Below are positions 20,403-29,985 of a stretch of DNA of 64,000 nucleotides, in pieces. The stretch comes from Smithellaceae bacterium (lineage in GTDB: Bacteria; Desulfobacterota; Syntrophia; Syntrophales; Smithellaceae), in contig JBEKVB010000003.1 of the NCBI GenBank assembly GCA_049514435.1, forward strand, positions 72,131 to 136,130, given 5' to 3'. The position numbers were made by a program, and so were the translations under genes. The notes beneath the pieces were generated by a model. It worked only from the letters and a program-made list of their open reading frames with translations, did no database searches and was not told where the DNA came from. Each line of letters begins with the position of its first letter. Positions within the stretch are counted from its first letter, which is position 1.

Positions 20403-21421
20403 TACTTTTCAGCGCGCCTGATCATGAGCAGAATGTTTTCATTGGCATTTATCACTGTCACCTTGATGTCTTTATGTGCGTTCTTCCAGACGCGGAAGAT
20501 TTCGTCGGCAAAGGCCTGGCCTACGGTTTCCACGTCTTTGAAGTCAAGTTCGATGGTGTTGAATTTCTCCAAACCCGCCAAAATTCTACGGGCCTGCGAT
20601 CGGGATACATAGTCGTTATTTTGACGATACAACTTTACCTTCACGCCTGTTTTACTAAACTGGAAAGACTCGTCAGTGTATTGATTAAACAAATCGGATA
20701 GCGTCTTTTTTGATTTCAAGCCCAACACAAAATCAACCTTTGTTCCCCTGGATGATTGAATATCCTTTACGTAAATATCCTGACCGACATTGTCGAAAAC
20801 GATCTTTTTCCCAAAGCTCTTGATGGTCAATCGATCTGCTATTTTTGATGTAAAAAAGATTCCCTCGCCGCTGTGCCCTTCCGGCGCCGTGGTTTCTTTC
20901 CCTTTAAGCAAATCCTGAATAGCATCCATTGTAGAAACCAGCCGCTTCTTTTTCATAATATTGTTAAAAATGCCGACGCCCTGATCCGCTACAGCAAAAC
21001 GAATATCCATTGATGTTTTCGTGACGATCAGATCAATCTTTTCCGATGAAGAATGTTCAATAGCATTGTTGAGCATTTCGGTAAAAGCGTAATCGATGAT
21101 TGAAGACACATTACCTGCCAGCCTTTGAAAAATAGAGCTTTCCTGCTTGATTTGGCTTAGCACCTTGTCTTCGGCCAGACTCTTGTTGGTGATGATTTTT
21201 CTAACTCTCGAAGGTCTTGCCGTGAGCGCGCCTTTAGCAGATGCAATAACATAATGCGCTTGATTGGCCTTGCCCATCAGAACGATCAAGCCTTCGTCGG
21301 TCAGCTTCTTTAAAAATCTATGCACGTATGCCCGCGAAAGGCCAGTTCTGCTCACAACATCGGCAGCTCTAGCTTTTTCTTTTTTACTGATAATATTGAG
21401 GATTATTTTTTTTATGTCCAT
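20402..21421 (-). CDS. winged-HTH + GHKL-type ATPase-like + STAS-like (DUF4325-type) protein
   Basis: N-terminal wHTH (ARAADVVSRTGLSRAYVHRFLKKLTDEGLI). N-box-like EMLNNAIEHS and DQGVGI. C-terminal ELDFKDVETVGQAFADEIFRVW resembles the STAS-like DUF4325. Confidence 0.65.
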   Translation of the reverse strand: MDIKKIILNIISKKEKARAADVVSRTGLSRAYVHRFLKKLTDEGLIVLMGKANQAHYVIASAKGALTARPSRVRKIITNKSLAEDKVLSQIKQESSIFQRLAGNVSSIIDYAFTEMLNNAIEHSSSEKIDLIVTKTSMDIRFAVADQGVGIFNNIMKKKRLVSTMDAIQDLLKGKETTAPEGHSGEGIFFTSKIADRLTIKSFGKKIVFDNVGQDIYVKDIQSSRGTKVDFVLGLKSKKTLSDLFNQYTDESFQFSKTGVKVKLYRQNNDYVSRSQARRILAGLEKFNTIELDFKDVETVGQAFADEIFRVWKNAHKDIKVTVINANENILLMIRRAEK

Positions 21422-21441
21422 TGTACCTACGCAAATTGTTT

Positions 21442-21491
21442 GTAGACAACTTTATTGTAAACTAATTTTAAAAGTTGTCAACAAGTTATCT
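21442..21491. repeat. 52-bp element with three GTTGTCnAC boxes (copy 2, upstream of the start codon)
   Basis: GTAGACAAC ... AAAAGTTGTCAACAAGTTATCTAC. Same orientation as copy 1. Confidence 0.8.
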
Positions 21492-21627
21492 ACAATAGCG
21501 GGGATGGATAGGGTTGGTTATTATCAAGGAAGCGGCGGAAATAGGTTGAATTCATACAATGATATTCGATAAGCTTGATGAGGCGAAAATAGAACCATCC
21601 CGTTTATCGTTAGTTGACGACGTAACA

Positions 21628-22179
21628 TTACAATCCCAAATCTCCTGCTACTCCCTTCATCGCTTCCAAGCCAAGCTCAATAAATGCATCCAATTCCAAA
21701 CCGATCTCACTGCACTTTGCGATCTGCTCTCGATTCGCGCCCGCCGCAAAGCGCTCTTCTTTGAACCGCTTGCGAATAGATTTGGCTTCCACGGAGGCCA
21801 GCTTTTTATCGGGACGAATTAGCGCTCCGGCAGTGATGAGCCCGGTCAAAGGATCGGCGCAAAAGAGGGCTTTATCCATCAGCGACATACAGGGCTCTCC
21901 GTGCGCTTCGTTGTGGACGAGAATTGCACGACAGATAGCTTCACTTGCGCCCAACTGTTTTGCCATTTCCGCCCCTGGCTTACTGTGGACTTTCAAATCG
22001 GCATGGGTCAGCTCAACATCGATATCGTGAAGCAGACCCGCCAGCCCCCACTCATCTTCGTTTTCGTTGAACCGCCGGGCAAGCGCGCGCATAATGGCTT
22101 CCACAGCCAGCATATGCTTTATGAGGTTTTCATTCTTAACGTTTTCTCTGATGGCTTTCAGTGCCGTTTCCCGATCCAT
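21628..22179 (-). CDS. HD-domain phosphohydrolase
   Basis: 183 aa with H...HD motif (LLHDIDV) and downstream His/Asp residues. Immediately downstream of abfD. Confidence 0.8.
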   Translation of the reverse strand: MDRETALKAIRENVKNENLIKHMLAVEAIMRALARRFNENEDEWGLAGLLHDIDVELTHADLKVHSKPGAEMAKQLGASEAICRAILVHNEAHGEPCMSLMDKALFCADPLTGLITAGALIRPDKKLASVEAKSIRKRFKEERFAAGANREQIAKCSEIGLELDAFIELGLEAMKGVAGDLGL

Positions 22180-22206
22180 AAGTGCCTTTCTATTGTTCTT
22201 TGCTCC

Positions 22207-23748
22207 TTATTTTTTTGCTGTCGGCGGAAAGCTTTGATAGGATGTATCCACCGGCGGCATTTTCACGCAATCCTGAATTCTGGGAAGTTTGCCGTAAACA
22301 GGGTTCTCCTGCCATCCGTTCATATGCGCGGCACGCCTTGCCGCCGCCTGAAACTTTTTCCAGTCAGCACTGCCGTAAAGGAACATCTCCTGCGCGGCCA
22401 TCGAGCCTTCGCCGTGAATGGTGTCCACCTGCCAGTGATTGCCGGTGATGTCCTTGATCAGCCGCAAAATGCGCAGCCGCTCCTCGGTGGGCACGCCGTC
22501 TTTGGCCGCCAGATATTTTTCAATGAACGGTTGAATCTCCGGATTTTTCCAGTCGCGGTAGGCCGGCACGGTAGTGGTCAGTCCGCCGCCGATGTCCTGC
22601 ATGTGCTGACACATCGTGTGGAAGTTGCTCGCGTAGGTCCACTTCGAGGCGTTGATCGCCATGCGGTTGGGCATCATTACATCCATGCCGAATTCCGTTT
22701 GCGGGTCCAGGCAGGCTTGCTTGGCCAGCATCTGCACCGTTTCCGTGATATAGGCCATCCAGGCCAGCTTTTTGCGCACATGCGGAACATTTTGAACGCC
22801 GTTGTATTCGGCAATGAGGCTTGCCGCCCCGGTCATCATTTCCAGCGTGTGCGTCATCTTGCAGGTACCGAACAAGCGGTGGTAGCTCGCAAAGGCGTAA
22901 GCCAGAATCTGCGAGAACTGCCATTCTCCGCACATGAAGACTCGGTCCCAGGGGATGAACACATCGTCAAAGATGATGAGCGATTCCGAAGGTTGAAGAT
23001 GCTGGGACATCGGATAGTCGAATTCCCCTTCGTCGCCGTAGAGGCGCGTGTTGGGTTCCGCACCCAGAAGCTTCACGCCCTTTGCGTTTACAGGCACGGC
23101 AAAACCCAAGGCGTAATCCTTGTCGGCTTCACCGTGGGTCCTGCAGGGCAGGCATAACAGTTCATTGGCGCAGGGCGAGGCGCTGATATGCACCTTGGCG
23201 CCCCGGACGACGATGCCGTTCTTTTTTTTATCCACGATTCTCAAATAAAAATCCTTGTGCTGTTTTTGCTGCGAGGGGTGCAGGCTGCGGTCGCCTTTTA
23301 CGTCGGTAATCGCCCCGGTGAGGGCGAGGTCGTTCTTCTGGAGATAGCGGCGGTAATTTTCGACGCGTTCCATATAGTGGGTACCCAGCTTTTTGTCCAT
23401 CACCTCCGCAGCCACACTGAAAGCGGCCAGAGCGTCCGCGCCCATGCAGTGCACCAGCACGCCGCCGCCCGCCCGCATGCCCACCATGTAGCATTCGCGC
23501 CTGCGAAGCATATCCTGCGGCGTTTTAGGAGAGGTAAGCAGAAAATTGATATCCTCGCCGTCTTGGTCCTGGGTAACGAAAAGGTGCCGGTAGTCGGGGT
23601 GGTTGGGTAAAACGTAATCCATCGCGGCCATTTCCACAATGGTGCTGACCGTGGGATGTGTCCGGACATCGGCCACTTTTTCACCCAGACACCAGACTTC
23701 CCGGCCGTCATTCAAACTTTCCAGATACTGTTCGACTGTTTTAATCAT
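22207..23748 (-). CDS. abfD: 4-hydroxybutyryl-CoA dehydratase / 4-hydroxyphenylacetate hydroxylase-family flavoprotein
   Basis: 513 aa. N-terminus MIKTVEQYLESLNDGREVW...THP is typical of the AbfD/HpaB family. GC-rich segment with long antisense shadow ORFs. Confidence 0.8.
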   Translation of the reverse strand: MIKTVEQYLESLNDGREVWCLGEKVADVRTHPTVSTIVEMAAMDYVLPNHPDYRHLFVTQDQDGEDINFLLTSPKTPQDMLRRRECYMVGMRAGGGVLVHCMGADALAAFSVAAEVMDKKLGTHYMERVENYRRYLQKNDLALTGAITDVKGDRSLHPSQQKQHKDFYLRIVDKKKNGIVVRGAKVHISASPCANELLCLPCRTHGEADKDYALGFAVPVNAKGVKLLGAEPNTRLYGDEGEFDYPMSQHLQPSESLIIFDDVFIPWDRVFMCGEWQFSQILAYAFASYHRLFGTCKMTHTLEMMTGAASLIAEYNGVQNVPHVRKKLAWMAYITETVQMLAKQACLDPQTEFGMDVMMPNRMAINASKWTYASNFHTMCQHMQDIGGGLTTTVPAYRDWKNPEIQPFIEKYLAAKDGVPTEERLRILRLIKDITGNHWQVDTIHGEGSMAAQEMFLYGSADWKKFQAAARRAAHMNGWQENPVYGKLPRIQDCVKMPPVDTSYQSFPPTAKK

Positions 23749-23951
23749 AGTACTATTTCCTTTTTATATTGATGGTGCGGATTAAATTATGAAACACCGC
23801 TTAATAAGCTAAAAAAATACCGAATTATCGAGCTAGTATGACCGTATTTTTTTATTCTCTGTGGCGGTAAAATGTCAAGAGTAAAGATTTGACTCCTGTT
23901 GTACCAAAAAGATCACATTGCTCTTTCAAGAATCTTTTTTAATGAAACTCC

Positions 23952-24431
23952 TTATCTCGTGATTTTAATTTCTCGCAACCACTCGGATACTTTGTTTCGC
24001 GCGGTTTTCACATCCCTTCCCCGAATGGCAGCACCATTTAGCAAGGCCGATTTTGGGCAAAGTTTCGAGATATCCGTAGCGCTTCGTCCCAGACCGCTTC
24101 CTTCGTGCGTGCAAAACGGTGCAATGGTCTTTCCCGAAAAATCGTATTCTGACAAAAAGGTTTTGACTGGAGCGGGAAACGTGCCCCACCAAATAGGGTA
24201 GCCTATGAAAACCAAATCATACGGCTTGATATTCTCCATTTTTGTTTTCAATGCCGGTTTGTAGCCGGAATCCAGTTCTTGCCTTGCTTGTTGTACAACC
24301 GCGTCGTAATCATTAGGATAGGGCTTTACGGCCTGAATTTCAAAAATATCGCCGCCCGCGCTTTTGTGAATTTGGTTGGCAATTTCGTGAGTGTTGCCAC
24401 TATGGGAAAAATAAGCCACCAGAATCATCAT
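23952..24431 (-). CDS. flavodoxin-family protein
   Basis: MMILVAYFSHSGNTHEIA FMN-phosphate loop. 159 aa. Confidence 0.85.
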   Translation of the reverse strand: MMILVAYFSHSGNTHEIANQIHKSAGGDIFEIQAVKPYPNDYDAVVQQARQELDSGYKPALKTKMENIKPYDLVFIGYPIWWGTFPAPVKTFLSEYDFSGKTIAPFCTHEGSGLGRSATDISKLCPKSALLNGAAIRGRDVKTARNKVSEWLREIKITR

Positions 24432-24446
24432 TTTTCCTCCATCAAT

Positions 24447-24770
24447 TTATTGCTGATCAATTGCTTTTTTCAAGTGAGTAAGGCCCGAGGCTGCAGTGGG
24501 CCACCCGGCGTAAAATGCAATATGCGTGATCGCAGCCACAAGTTCTTCCTTCGTGAGGCCGTTTTCCAAAGCCTTTTTAAGATGAAACTCGACCTGTTCG
24601 ATACGATTCAGAGCAACCAGGCATGTGACAGTAATTAAGCTTTTATCGCGCTGCGAGAGTCCGGGACGTTTCCAGATATCACCGAAAAGAAAGTCCTGTG
24701 TAAGTTTCGCAAATTCCGGTGCTACAGTCTTTAAGTCATCTATCGCTTTTTGTTCGTTACTATTTGCCAT
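24447..24770 (-). CDS. carboxymuconolactone decarboxylase (AhpD-like) family protein
   Basis: 107 aa. Motifs DKSLITVTCLVAL and HIAFYAGWP are typical of the CMD family. AAGGAG RBS. Confidence 0.8.
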   Translation of the reverse strand: MANSNEQKAIDDLKTVAPEFAKLTQDFLFGDIWKRPGLSQRDKSLITVTCLVALNRIEQVEFHLKKALENGLTKEELVAAITHIAFYAGWPTAASGLTHLKKAIDQQ

Positions 24771-24956
24771 ATGTATCTCCTTTCTTAATTGTTAGGCACA
24801 ATGATTCCGCTATTTCTCAAATTCCGTGGATGAGCGTTTTGTAAAAATCTTTGGCTCTTACCGGTAAAGAATATTTTTTTCTTAATTGCAGCTTCCTGCG
24901 GGAATGCGCTTCCGGTCAACAGCTCCACAATGGCTCTATTACTTACTTTATTGATC

Positions 24957-25133
24957 TTATACCTCTTGGGATGGTAGATGACTGTTGGTAAAAGCCAGCC
25001 CCCACTCTTCTTCATTTTCAGTGAACCGCCGGGCAAGCGCCCGCATAATGGCTTCCGTAGCCAGCATATGCTTGATCAGGTTTTCATTCTTCACATTTTC
25101 TTGGATGGCTTTCAGTGCCGTTTCCCGATCCAT
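24957..25133 (-). pseudogene. truncated duplicate of the HD-domain gene (first ~47 codons)
   Basis: Translates MDRETALKAIQENVKNENLIKHMLATEAIMRALARRFTENEEEWGLA. This is near-identical to the N-terminus of 21628..22179. It then diverges and stops. Confidence 0.85.
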
Positions 25134-25192
25134 AAGTTCCTCTGCCCAATGAGGTAGTTTTGGTTATTCTGTGACCAGTCTAAAAAAATAGA
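25121..25192 (-). repeat. promoter/leader repeat R1, copy a
   Basis: TTTCCCGATCCATAAGTTCCTCTGCCCAATGAGGTAGTTTTGGTTATTCTGTGACCAGTCTAAAAAAATA. Near-identical copies at 36266-36335 and 42238-42312. Confidence 0.85.
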
Positions 25193-25259
25193 GGCGTCCC
25201 CATTATTTCTCTTTTTCGAAATTTGGAAAAATTAACCGGAATGTTATTTGGCAAAAGGT

Positions 25260-26456
25260 CTATATATTTTCCCTGTTAATGTGCGCGACTTTGGCAACCG
25301 GGAAGCCGTTAAAGTCCGTGGCCGAGGCTAAAGTGTAAGCGCCAATATTTTCCGCGTAAAGCAAATCGTCAATTTGCAAATCTTCCGGCAGTTCATCAGC
25401 CAGTGAGATTGTATCAAAAGCGTCGCAGGTCGGTCCAAAAGTGGCACAAAGTTTGAGTTCGCCATCTTTAAAAGCGTGGAGCGGGTAATGCTGGTGGTCA
25501 TAAACCTGGCCGGAAAAAGTATGATACACGCCATCATCAAGATAATAACAAGTTTTGCCGTCGCGAATGGATTTGCCAATAATTTTTGTCACCAAGGTGC
25601 AGGCTGTGGCCACCATAAATCGGCCAGGTTCGGCAATAACCTGGATGTTGTCTTTGCCGAACAAGCGTTTAATTTCCAAATTCAATTTTTTAGCCAAAGC
25701 AGAAAATGATTTTACATCCGGTGTGTATTTAACCGGAAACCCGCCGCCAATATCCAAAACTTTTTTCTTTTTGCCCTCTTTATCCGTAAAACCAATTTCA
25801 AAATTCCGCAAAGCAACTTCCTTCAAAATAGAATGCGTAAAATTTAGCCCTTGCAAATAGTTGTCAAAATTATTGCATTGACTGCCCACGTGAAAACTAA
25901 TGCCTTCCACATCCAAACCCATGCCAATGGCCTCGGCAATTAGATCCACGGCTTCGCCGGGATGCGCGCCAAATTTGGAAGACAGCTCCACCATACTTCC
26001 GGTGTTGGGCACGCGAATGCGTAAAATTAGCCCTACGTCCGGCGCGCGTTGCTTGATTTTTTTCAGTTCCTCAATATTGTCAAAAGTTACCAAAATTTTG
26101 TACGGGTTTAATTTTGTCAAAACTTTGAACGGTTTAATAGTGTTGGCGTAAATAATTTTGTCCCAAATAAAATCTTGGCGTTCTTTGTCCGGCCAGGTTT
26201 CAATATTTTTATAAATAAGCTTGAATTCGTAAATTGAAGCCACGTCAAAGCTAGAGCCAAGGTCAAACATGGTTTTAATTATCTCAGGATTGGAATTAGC
26301 CTTAACCGCAAAATACGGTTGCACATCCGGCAATTTTTCACGGAATTCCTTAAAATTGTTGCGCAGGACTTCGTGGTCAACCACAAACAGCGGCGTGCCG
26401 TTTTTAGCAGCCAATTCCTGCAAAAGTTGTTTCCTGGTCTCAGTCATAGAGTTCAA
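25260..26456 (-). CDS. PLP-dependent ornithine/arginine/lysine decarboxylase (alanine-racemase fold, ODC-like)
   Basis: PLP-lysine motif PYFAVKANSNPEI, GGGFP, 398 aa. Confidence 0.85.
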   Translation of the reverse strand: MNSMTETRKQLLQELAAKNGTPLFVVDHEVLRNNFKEFREKLPDVQPYFAVKANSNPEIIKTMFDLGSSFDVASIYEFKLIYKNIETWPDKERQDFIWDKIIYANTIKPFKVLTKLNPYKILVTFDNIEELKKIKQRAPDVGLILRIRVPNTGSMVELSSKFGAHPGEAVDLIAEAIGMGLDVEGISFHVGSQCNNFDNYLQGLNFTHSILKEVALRNFEIGFTDKEGKKKKVLDIGGGFPVKYTPDVKSFSALAKKLNLEIKRLFGKDNIQVIAEPGRFMVATACTLVTKIIGKSIRDGKTCYYLDDGVYHTFSGQVYDHQHYPLHAFKDGELKLCATFGPTCDAFDTISLADELPEDLQIDDLLYAENIGAYTLASATDFNGFPVAKVAHINRENI

Positions 26457-26682
26457 ATTAAATATTTTTAAATGGTGCTTGACATAGCAATTTCAATATC
26501 AGATCTTTTTATATTTTCAAGTAAATTGAAACTCATCCATTTAGGGCAATCTTGAAACCGACACGATCCGGGTACGTTTTTTCTTCACCACCCTTGCGTC
26601 TTAGTTTTTGACTTGTCAGTCCTGATCCTTTTGTGATTATTTTATTATAATTAATTGATTCGGGCATACTTTTTATAATTAT

Positions 26683-28134
26683 TTATGGAATAAACCGGAA
26701 GTTTTCAAATTGCCAAACGTCGGCAGTGGGAGTGTTCGCTGGGTTTTCTTTAAAATAGACTACGCGGTTTTTAATGGGAGTCCAGTTCGAGGCCTTGGAA
26801 ATAAAATTGCCTAAATAAGGTTTAGCAATATCCAGTACAAAGTCGTGCGGTAAATCATCGGGTAAATTCAATCCCCTTTTCGGGTTTTCTATCATCCAAA
26901 GTACTGCGCTGATAACCCCGAGCGCGACCTGCAAAGTTGTGGCATTTTGTCCTGGTGCCAGCCTTCTGGCTTCTTCTATGGAAAGATCGCTGCCTGTCCA
27001 CCAGGAAGTGTATTCATGGCCCATAAGCAAAGCGCCTAAGATATCCGCGCCAGTAGTAATTTCATCGCCCATAATTCTTAATTTTGGCGGCAAAACATAA
27101 TTTCTGCCGCGAAGTTCGCAAATGGAAGACAAAGTTTCGTGGCAAGGCATGTATGCGTAATGCACGGTGGGACGGAAAACGGCCTTTTCTTCTTCCCAAA
27201 CTGTAAGTCGATCTGATAATCCAAAAGCTTCGCCATGGCGGATAACCATGCCCACAATTTCCTGGTCTGGAATCCAAGACCTGACCCAGGTGTTCATACC
27301 CATTTGCGCCAAAGCGATTTGGTTTTTTGGGCCATATGGTGGAACATGCGCTAGGTTCGGAAGTTTTTGCTCATGTGTACCCCAGCCCATTTCCGCTGGC
27401 GCTGTGCCTTCTTCCCGAAGGCCTTCTATGCTCCAGGTGCCCACGAATTCATCCACTTCCTTGGGGCGATTAGTAATTTGCGTGTCGCGCTCGCTGCAAT
27501 GAATGACTTTGACCTTTAGTTTTTGGGCAAGCAAATCAAATTTTCGGGATTTGATTAATTCTTCCATTTCTTTGTCTTTCACGGTTACCTTGCCATCAGC
27601 TATCATTTTATTTGCAATATCAATCAGGCCCTGTTTTACAAAATGTGAAATCAGCCCTGGATTAGCGCCATGGTCAACCACTGCACTGGTGGAGTCTTTT
27701 GGCCAGTCTTTGATCATTTCGCGGAGTTTCATTTGCCGCCAGTACAAAGATTTTTCAAACGGACTGTCTTTGTGTATCCCTTCTAAAGAATCCCAAACCT
27801 CAACTGAAGTATTTATGTACAAAATATTATTGTCATGGCACCAGCCAATAATATCATTGGCGCCAATATTCCAGGCCAAATCTATAATCAGGCCGCCATT
27901 GTCAGTGTATTTGGCAAGCTCTTTGCCCATATTTTCCAGGGTAACGCGGTTTCGGACAAATTGTACACCTTTATCAGTAAATTTCTTTAAACTTTGGACT
28001 TTGTCTTCAAAATCCATAACAGTGACATTTTTCGGGTCCACTTTCAAATGCTCAAAAAGAATTGGCAAAGTGCATTGCGAAACCGAGCCATAGCCGATAA
28101 TTAAAATTTTGTGGTCAAATTTTTTCTTAGTCAT
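26683..28134 (-). CDS. hss: homospermidine synthase
   Basis: 483 aa. N-terminal NAD fold KILIIGYGSVSQCTLPIL. Saccharopine-dehydrogenase-like architecture typical of bacterial HSS. Adjacent to the decarboxylase. Confidence 0.8.
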   Translation of the reverse strand: MTKKKFDHKILIIGYGSVSQCTLPILFEHLKVDPKNVTVMDFEDKVQSLKKFTDKGVQFVRNRVTLENMGKELAKYTDNGGLIIDLAWNIGANDIIGWCHDNNILYINTSVEVWDSLEGIHKDSPFEKSLYWRQMKLREMIKDWPKDSTSAVVDHGANPGLISHFVKQGLIDIANKMIADGKVTVKDKEMEELIKSRKFDLLAQKLKVKVIHCSERDTQITNRPKEVDEFVGTWSIEGLREEGTAPAEMGWGTHEQKLPNLAHVPPYGPKNQIALAQMGMNTWVRSWIPDQEIVGMVIRHGEAFGLSDRLTVWEEEKAVFRPTVHYAYMPCHETLSSICELRGRNYVLPPKLRIMGDEITTGADILGALLMGHEYTSWWTGSDLSIEEARRLAPGQNATTLQVALGVISAVLWMIENPKRGLNLPDDLPHDFVLDIAKPYLGNFISKASNWTPIKNRVVYFKENPANTPTADVWQFENFRFIP

Positions 28135-28269
28135 TTTTTTGATCCGTATCCGCCAAATAATAGTGTTCGAGTTTGTTTTGTTTTTTGATAAGATATTGTT
28201 TTTACATGGTTGAACTATAGGAATTACGGTCTTGTGTCAAGGAAATCTTGGCCACAAAATGTAGGTTCG

Positions 28270-28415
28270 GATTATGTTTATTACCGATTGAAATGTTGTA
28301 TGAATTGGGAAAATAAGAAAAACAACATTACAGGAAGAAGTGCTTACTGACTACACCTTTTTATTAACAATTGCCAAGTTTAAATTGAATCGTGGATTAC
28401 CAGTTGAAAGAGAGT
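28270..28415. repeat. cassette-boundary repeat R4, copy A
   Basis: TATTAC-CGA-TTGAAA at 28279 and GATTAC-CAG-TTGAAA at 28395 (116 bp apart). They flank the core ACAGGAAGAAGTGCTTACTGACTACACC. Confidence 0.85.
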
Positions 28416-28515
28416 AAGGCTTAGCGTCACCTGCCGTGAATATCGATGTGTAACTGACTATCCTTACGGAGTCAGCGACGGATCTCCAAAAAGTAAGAAG
28501 ATAAAAATCCAAAAT

Positions 28516-29295
28516 CTAAGGTGTCCTGGCGAGGCGGAACCCTAAGTCGAAGTACCTTAAGTCCGGATAATTATAGTCGCGAACCGCCGTGCGGCAGCGC
28601 CTGGGAAAGTTACTCCAGCTACCGCCACGATTGACCCGGTAAGAGCCTGATGATGGTCCAGCAGGATCCGTAACATGACTTGATGGATATTCTTCATACC
28701 AGTCTTGGATCCACTCCAAGACGTTTCCCGACATGTCGTACAATCCTAGATCGTTCGGTCTCTTCTGACCCACGGGGTGGGTTTTACCTCCGGAGTTTGC
28801 TCCATACCAAGCATAATCTCCCAGGTTCGACTCGCTGGCTGTCCCCGCATATTCTTCCTGCTTACCGCCGCTTCTGGCAGCATATTCCCACTCGGCCTCC
28901 GTAGGCAGGCGGTACTTGTCTGTCCCTTCCATACTGTTCAGCTTTTTGATAAAATCCTGGACGTCGTTCCAAGAGACCTCCTCCACCGGGCAGTCATCGC
29001 CGCAACTGCTGAAATGGGAAGGATTACTCCCCATGACCCATTTCCACTGTCCCTGTGTCACCATCGTAGTCTGCATGTAAAAACTCCGGCTGATAGTTAC
29101 CTGGTGCTGTGTTTCGTTGCCATATCTTCCCAGTTCACTGGAGGGGCTGCCCATTGTGAACGTCCCCGACGGGACCAGTACAAACTTCGCTCCCAGTGTG
29201 GGACTGGTAAAAACCTTCCCCACTGGTGTTTCGCTCATTGCCGGGGAACAAAGAAAGGTTAAAACAAGAAAGATGGAAACGATAACTTTGCGCAT
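28516..29295 (-). CDS. secreted formylglycine-generating-enzyme (SUMF1/EgtB) family protein
   Basis: Signal peptide. Motifs RSGGKQ..YAWY, GNVLEWIQDWY and RVNRGGSW. Confidence 0.85.
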   Translation of the reverse strand: MRKVIVSIFLVLTFLCSPAMSETPVGKVFTSPTLGAKFVLVPSGTFTMGSPSSELGRYGNETQHQVTISRSFYMQTTMVTQGQWKWVMGSNPSHFSSCGDDCPVEEVSWNDVQDFIKKLNSMEGTDKYRLPTEAEWEYAARSGGKQEEYAGTASESNLGDYAWYGANSGGKTHPVGQKRPNDLGLYDMSGNVLEWIQDWYEEYPSSHVTDPAGPSSGSYRVNRGGSWSNFPRRCRTAVRDYNYPDLRYFDLGFRLARTP

Positions 29296-29344
29296 ATTAC
29301 CTCCATTTATACGTTTACATTGTTATCATAATTACCGAGGAAAT

Positions 29345-29490
29345 AACATCAATGATTACGTTTTGAAGTCTTGCATTTTTGTCTAGGTTTGATTTTTGAA
29401 TAGTTTCGGAAGAAGTACTTACTGACTTCACCTACAAACAAACGACTTTGAAAAATCTTGATGTTGTGAATTACGATTTGAAATAGAGTA
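29345..29490. repeat. cassette-boundary repeat R4, copy B
   Basis: GATTAC-GTT-TTGAAG at 29354 and AATTAC-GAT-TTGAAA at 29469 (115 bp apart). Core TCGGAAGAAGTACTTACTGACTTCACCTAC. Confidence 0.8.
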
Positions 29491-29573
29491 ACACGCAGCT
29501 CAGCGAGGGTCGTTTCAATTTGGCAGCAATATGAGAAATTCAATTTACACAGATTAGTTTACGGTCTCGAGTA

Positions 29574-29771
29574 TCATTCTTTATTTCTACAAATATCATA
29601 TAAAATATTACACTTTTGTTCACAAGCTTGATTCAATCCAATTGTCTCTGGGCAATCCCACTTACATGATTGTTTCTCAGTTACGCATTTTATAGTTGTG
29701 CATGAACAACATAACATTGACATTACTAATAACAATACAATTCCTATGATTTTAAAGATACTATTATGCAT
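29574..29771 (-). CDS. small secreted Cys-rich protein
   Basis: 65 aa with a signal-like N-terminus and 8 Cys in the mature part. No recognised family. Confidence 0.45.
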   Translation of the reverse strand: MHNSIFKIIGIVLLLVMSMLCCSCTTIKCVTEKQSCKWDCPETIGLNQACEQKCNILYDICRNKE

Positions 29772-29835
29772 ATTGATTCTTTCCTCCTTTATCCAATTAG
29801 ATACTAAACTTCAGTAGGTGACCTGCCCCTGATAC

Positions 29836-29940
29836 TTTTACCACATGTTAAGTTAGATTTCAGCAGTATTTTGATTATTTCCAATTGAAATGTTGCATGT
29901 AGGAGTTGAATTAGAAAATCAGGACTTCAGGAAGTTATAC
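29836..29940. repeat. cassette-boundary repeat R4, copy C (partial)
   Basis: TTTACCACATGTTAAGTTAGATTTCAGCAG plus GATTATTTCCAATTGAAATGTTGCAT. The core is truncated after CAGGAAGTTA. Confidence 0.75.
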
Positions 29941-29985
29941 TTAAAAAAATCAATGAACGTAAGCACGCTTTATGTATTAAGTTTC

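Noticed and set aside
21901-23157. A 418-aa plus-strand ORF, plus several 88-140-aa ORFs, overlapping abfD.
   Set aside because: These are antisense shadow ORFs typical of GC-rich coding DNA. The protein is Arg/His/Gly-rich low-information sequence, whereas the minus-strand product has clear AbfD/HpaB-family character.
24785-25036. An 83-aa ORF between the CMD gene and the HD fragment.
   Set aside because: It overlaps the HD pseudogene fragment in another frame. It has no RBS or recognisable motif, and it is basic low-complexity sequence.
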